Assembly: GCA_031835245.2 (NCBI GenBank)
Contig: JAVKOQ020000069.1
Coordinates: 124,001-188,000, forward strand
Source: Balamuthia mandrillaris
Taxonomy: Eukaryota
DNA length: 64,000 bases
Direction of reading: 5' to 3'
Part shown: piece after piece, positions 63,300-64,000 of the stretch
Layout: each line of letters opens with the position of its first letter
Numbering within the stretch: the first letter of the stretch is position 1
Program-made: the position numbers and the translations under genes
Notes under the pieces: generated by a model
What the model saw: only the letters and a program-made list of their open reading frames with translations
What the model was told of the DNA's origin: nothing
Database searches by the model: none

Positions 63300-63524
63300 A
63301 CAAAGAGCCAGACCGAAGGAGAAGAGCAAGAGCAAGAAGAACAAGATGCAGAAGAAGAAGAAGCAGAACGCAAGAAAAGACAAAGAGGCAAATCGGAAAG
63401 GTTTGGAGGTAGATTACAAACAACAAACAAGAGCACAAAACAAACACAGCAGGAGTGAGCTTTCGTCTCTCGTGCTTCCATTAACACACACGCAATACAC
63501 TCTCTTGCTGCCTGTGTTTTTTGA

Positions 63525-64000
63525 CTAAGAGCCTCGTGGCTCTTGCTTTAACGAGAGCTGATAGAGATCATCCTCGTTTTGGACGTGGAGGTTGTTAAGG
63601 AAGTTGAGAATGGGCTCCTCCACCTCGATAAGGCTGAACGTTTGCTGCTGAAAGTACTCTATCTTCATCATGATGGTGCCCAGCAGGTCCACCTTTTCAA
63701 AGTTAATGAGGCCTCCGTCTGCTTTGTCTGGGTTCTCGTCTATGAACGTTAAGTCTTTCAACAATAGGCCTTTTTCGTTTACGGTGTTTGTAAGAAGATG
63801 AGGAAAGCAGAAGGTAAAAGAAAGTACAAAGAATAACGCACCGACATAGGGCAAGAGCGGAACTTTAGCGGCTGTCAGCAGCTGCACTTTTTTCCGATAG
63901 TTATAGTAGTTCTTCATTGGTTTCATTTCGTCCTCCAACATTTTGAACGTCTCCAGCGAGGAACGAGAAATGGCCTGCAGTACAATAGAGCAGCTGGAAT
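63525..64000 (-). CDS. RasGEF (Cdc25 domain) C-terminal part, truncated by the window end
   Basis: NYYNYR, PLLPYVG|LLLKDLTFIDENPD..GLINFEK and EDDLYQLSLKQEPR. Confidence 0.88.
   Translation of the reverse strand, partial: SSCSIVLQAISRSSLETFKMLEDEMKPMKNYYNYRKKVQLLTAAKVPLLPYVGALFFVLSFTFCFPHLLTNTVNEKGLLLKDLTFIDENPDKADGGLINFEKVDLLGTIMMKIEYFQQQTFSLIEVEEPILNFLNNLHVQNEDDLYQLSLKQEPRGS

Overview
Gene-dense, intron-rich eukaryotic DNA with short GT-AG introns full of (CT)n/(CTT)n microsatellites. The gene content and style suggest an amoebozoan protist, but the taxon is an inference. About 28 host genes are visible, including VPS4-like, a Ras tandem pair, two MLO-like genes, Raver-like, TOM40, CDK5-like, a TPC-like channel and a RasGEF fragment, plus several intronless bacterial-type genes. 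The standout is a ~1.96 kb IS607-family element (~12711-14668) between two convergent host genes. It carries an apparently intact Fanzor2/TnpB RNA-guided nuclease (rearranged RuvC D-E-D triad, Zn finger, NLS-like patch) and a recognisable omegaRNA scaffold (three hairpins plus a pseudoknot ending in GG). It also has 9-nt end repeats and a serine recombinase (TnpA) crippled by an internal deletion that puts its HTH in frame with the Fanzor ORF. Other signals: a secreted YDGGDV[S/T/A] heptad-repeat protein missed by the ORF track, a recurrent TGTCGACA promoter palindrome, a tRNA-like mini element, a G4-deleted Ras paralog and a decayed inverted gene copy. Exon boundaries and family calls were read by eye; no searches were run.
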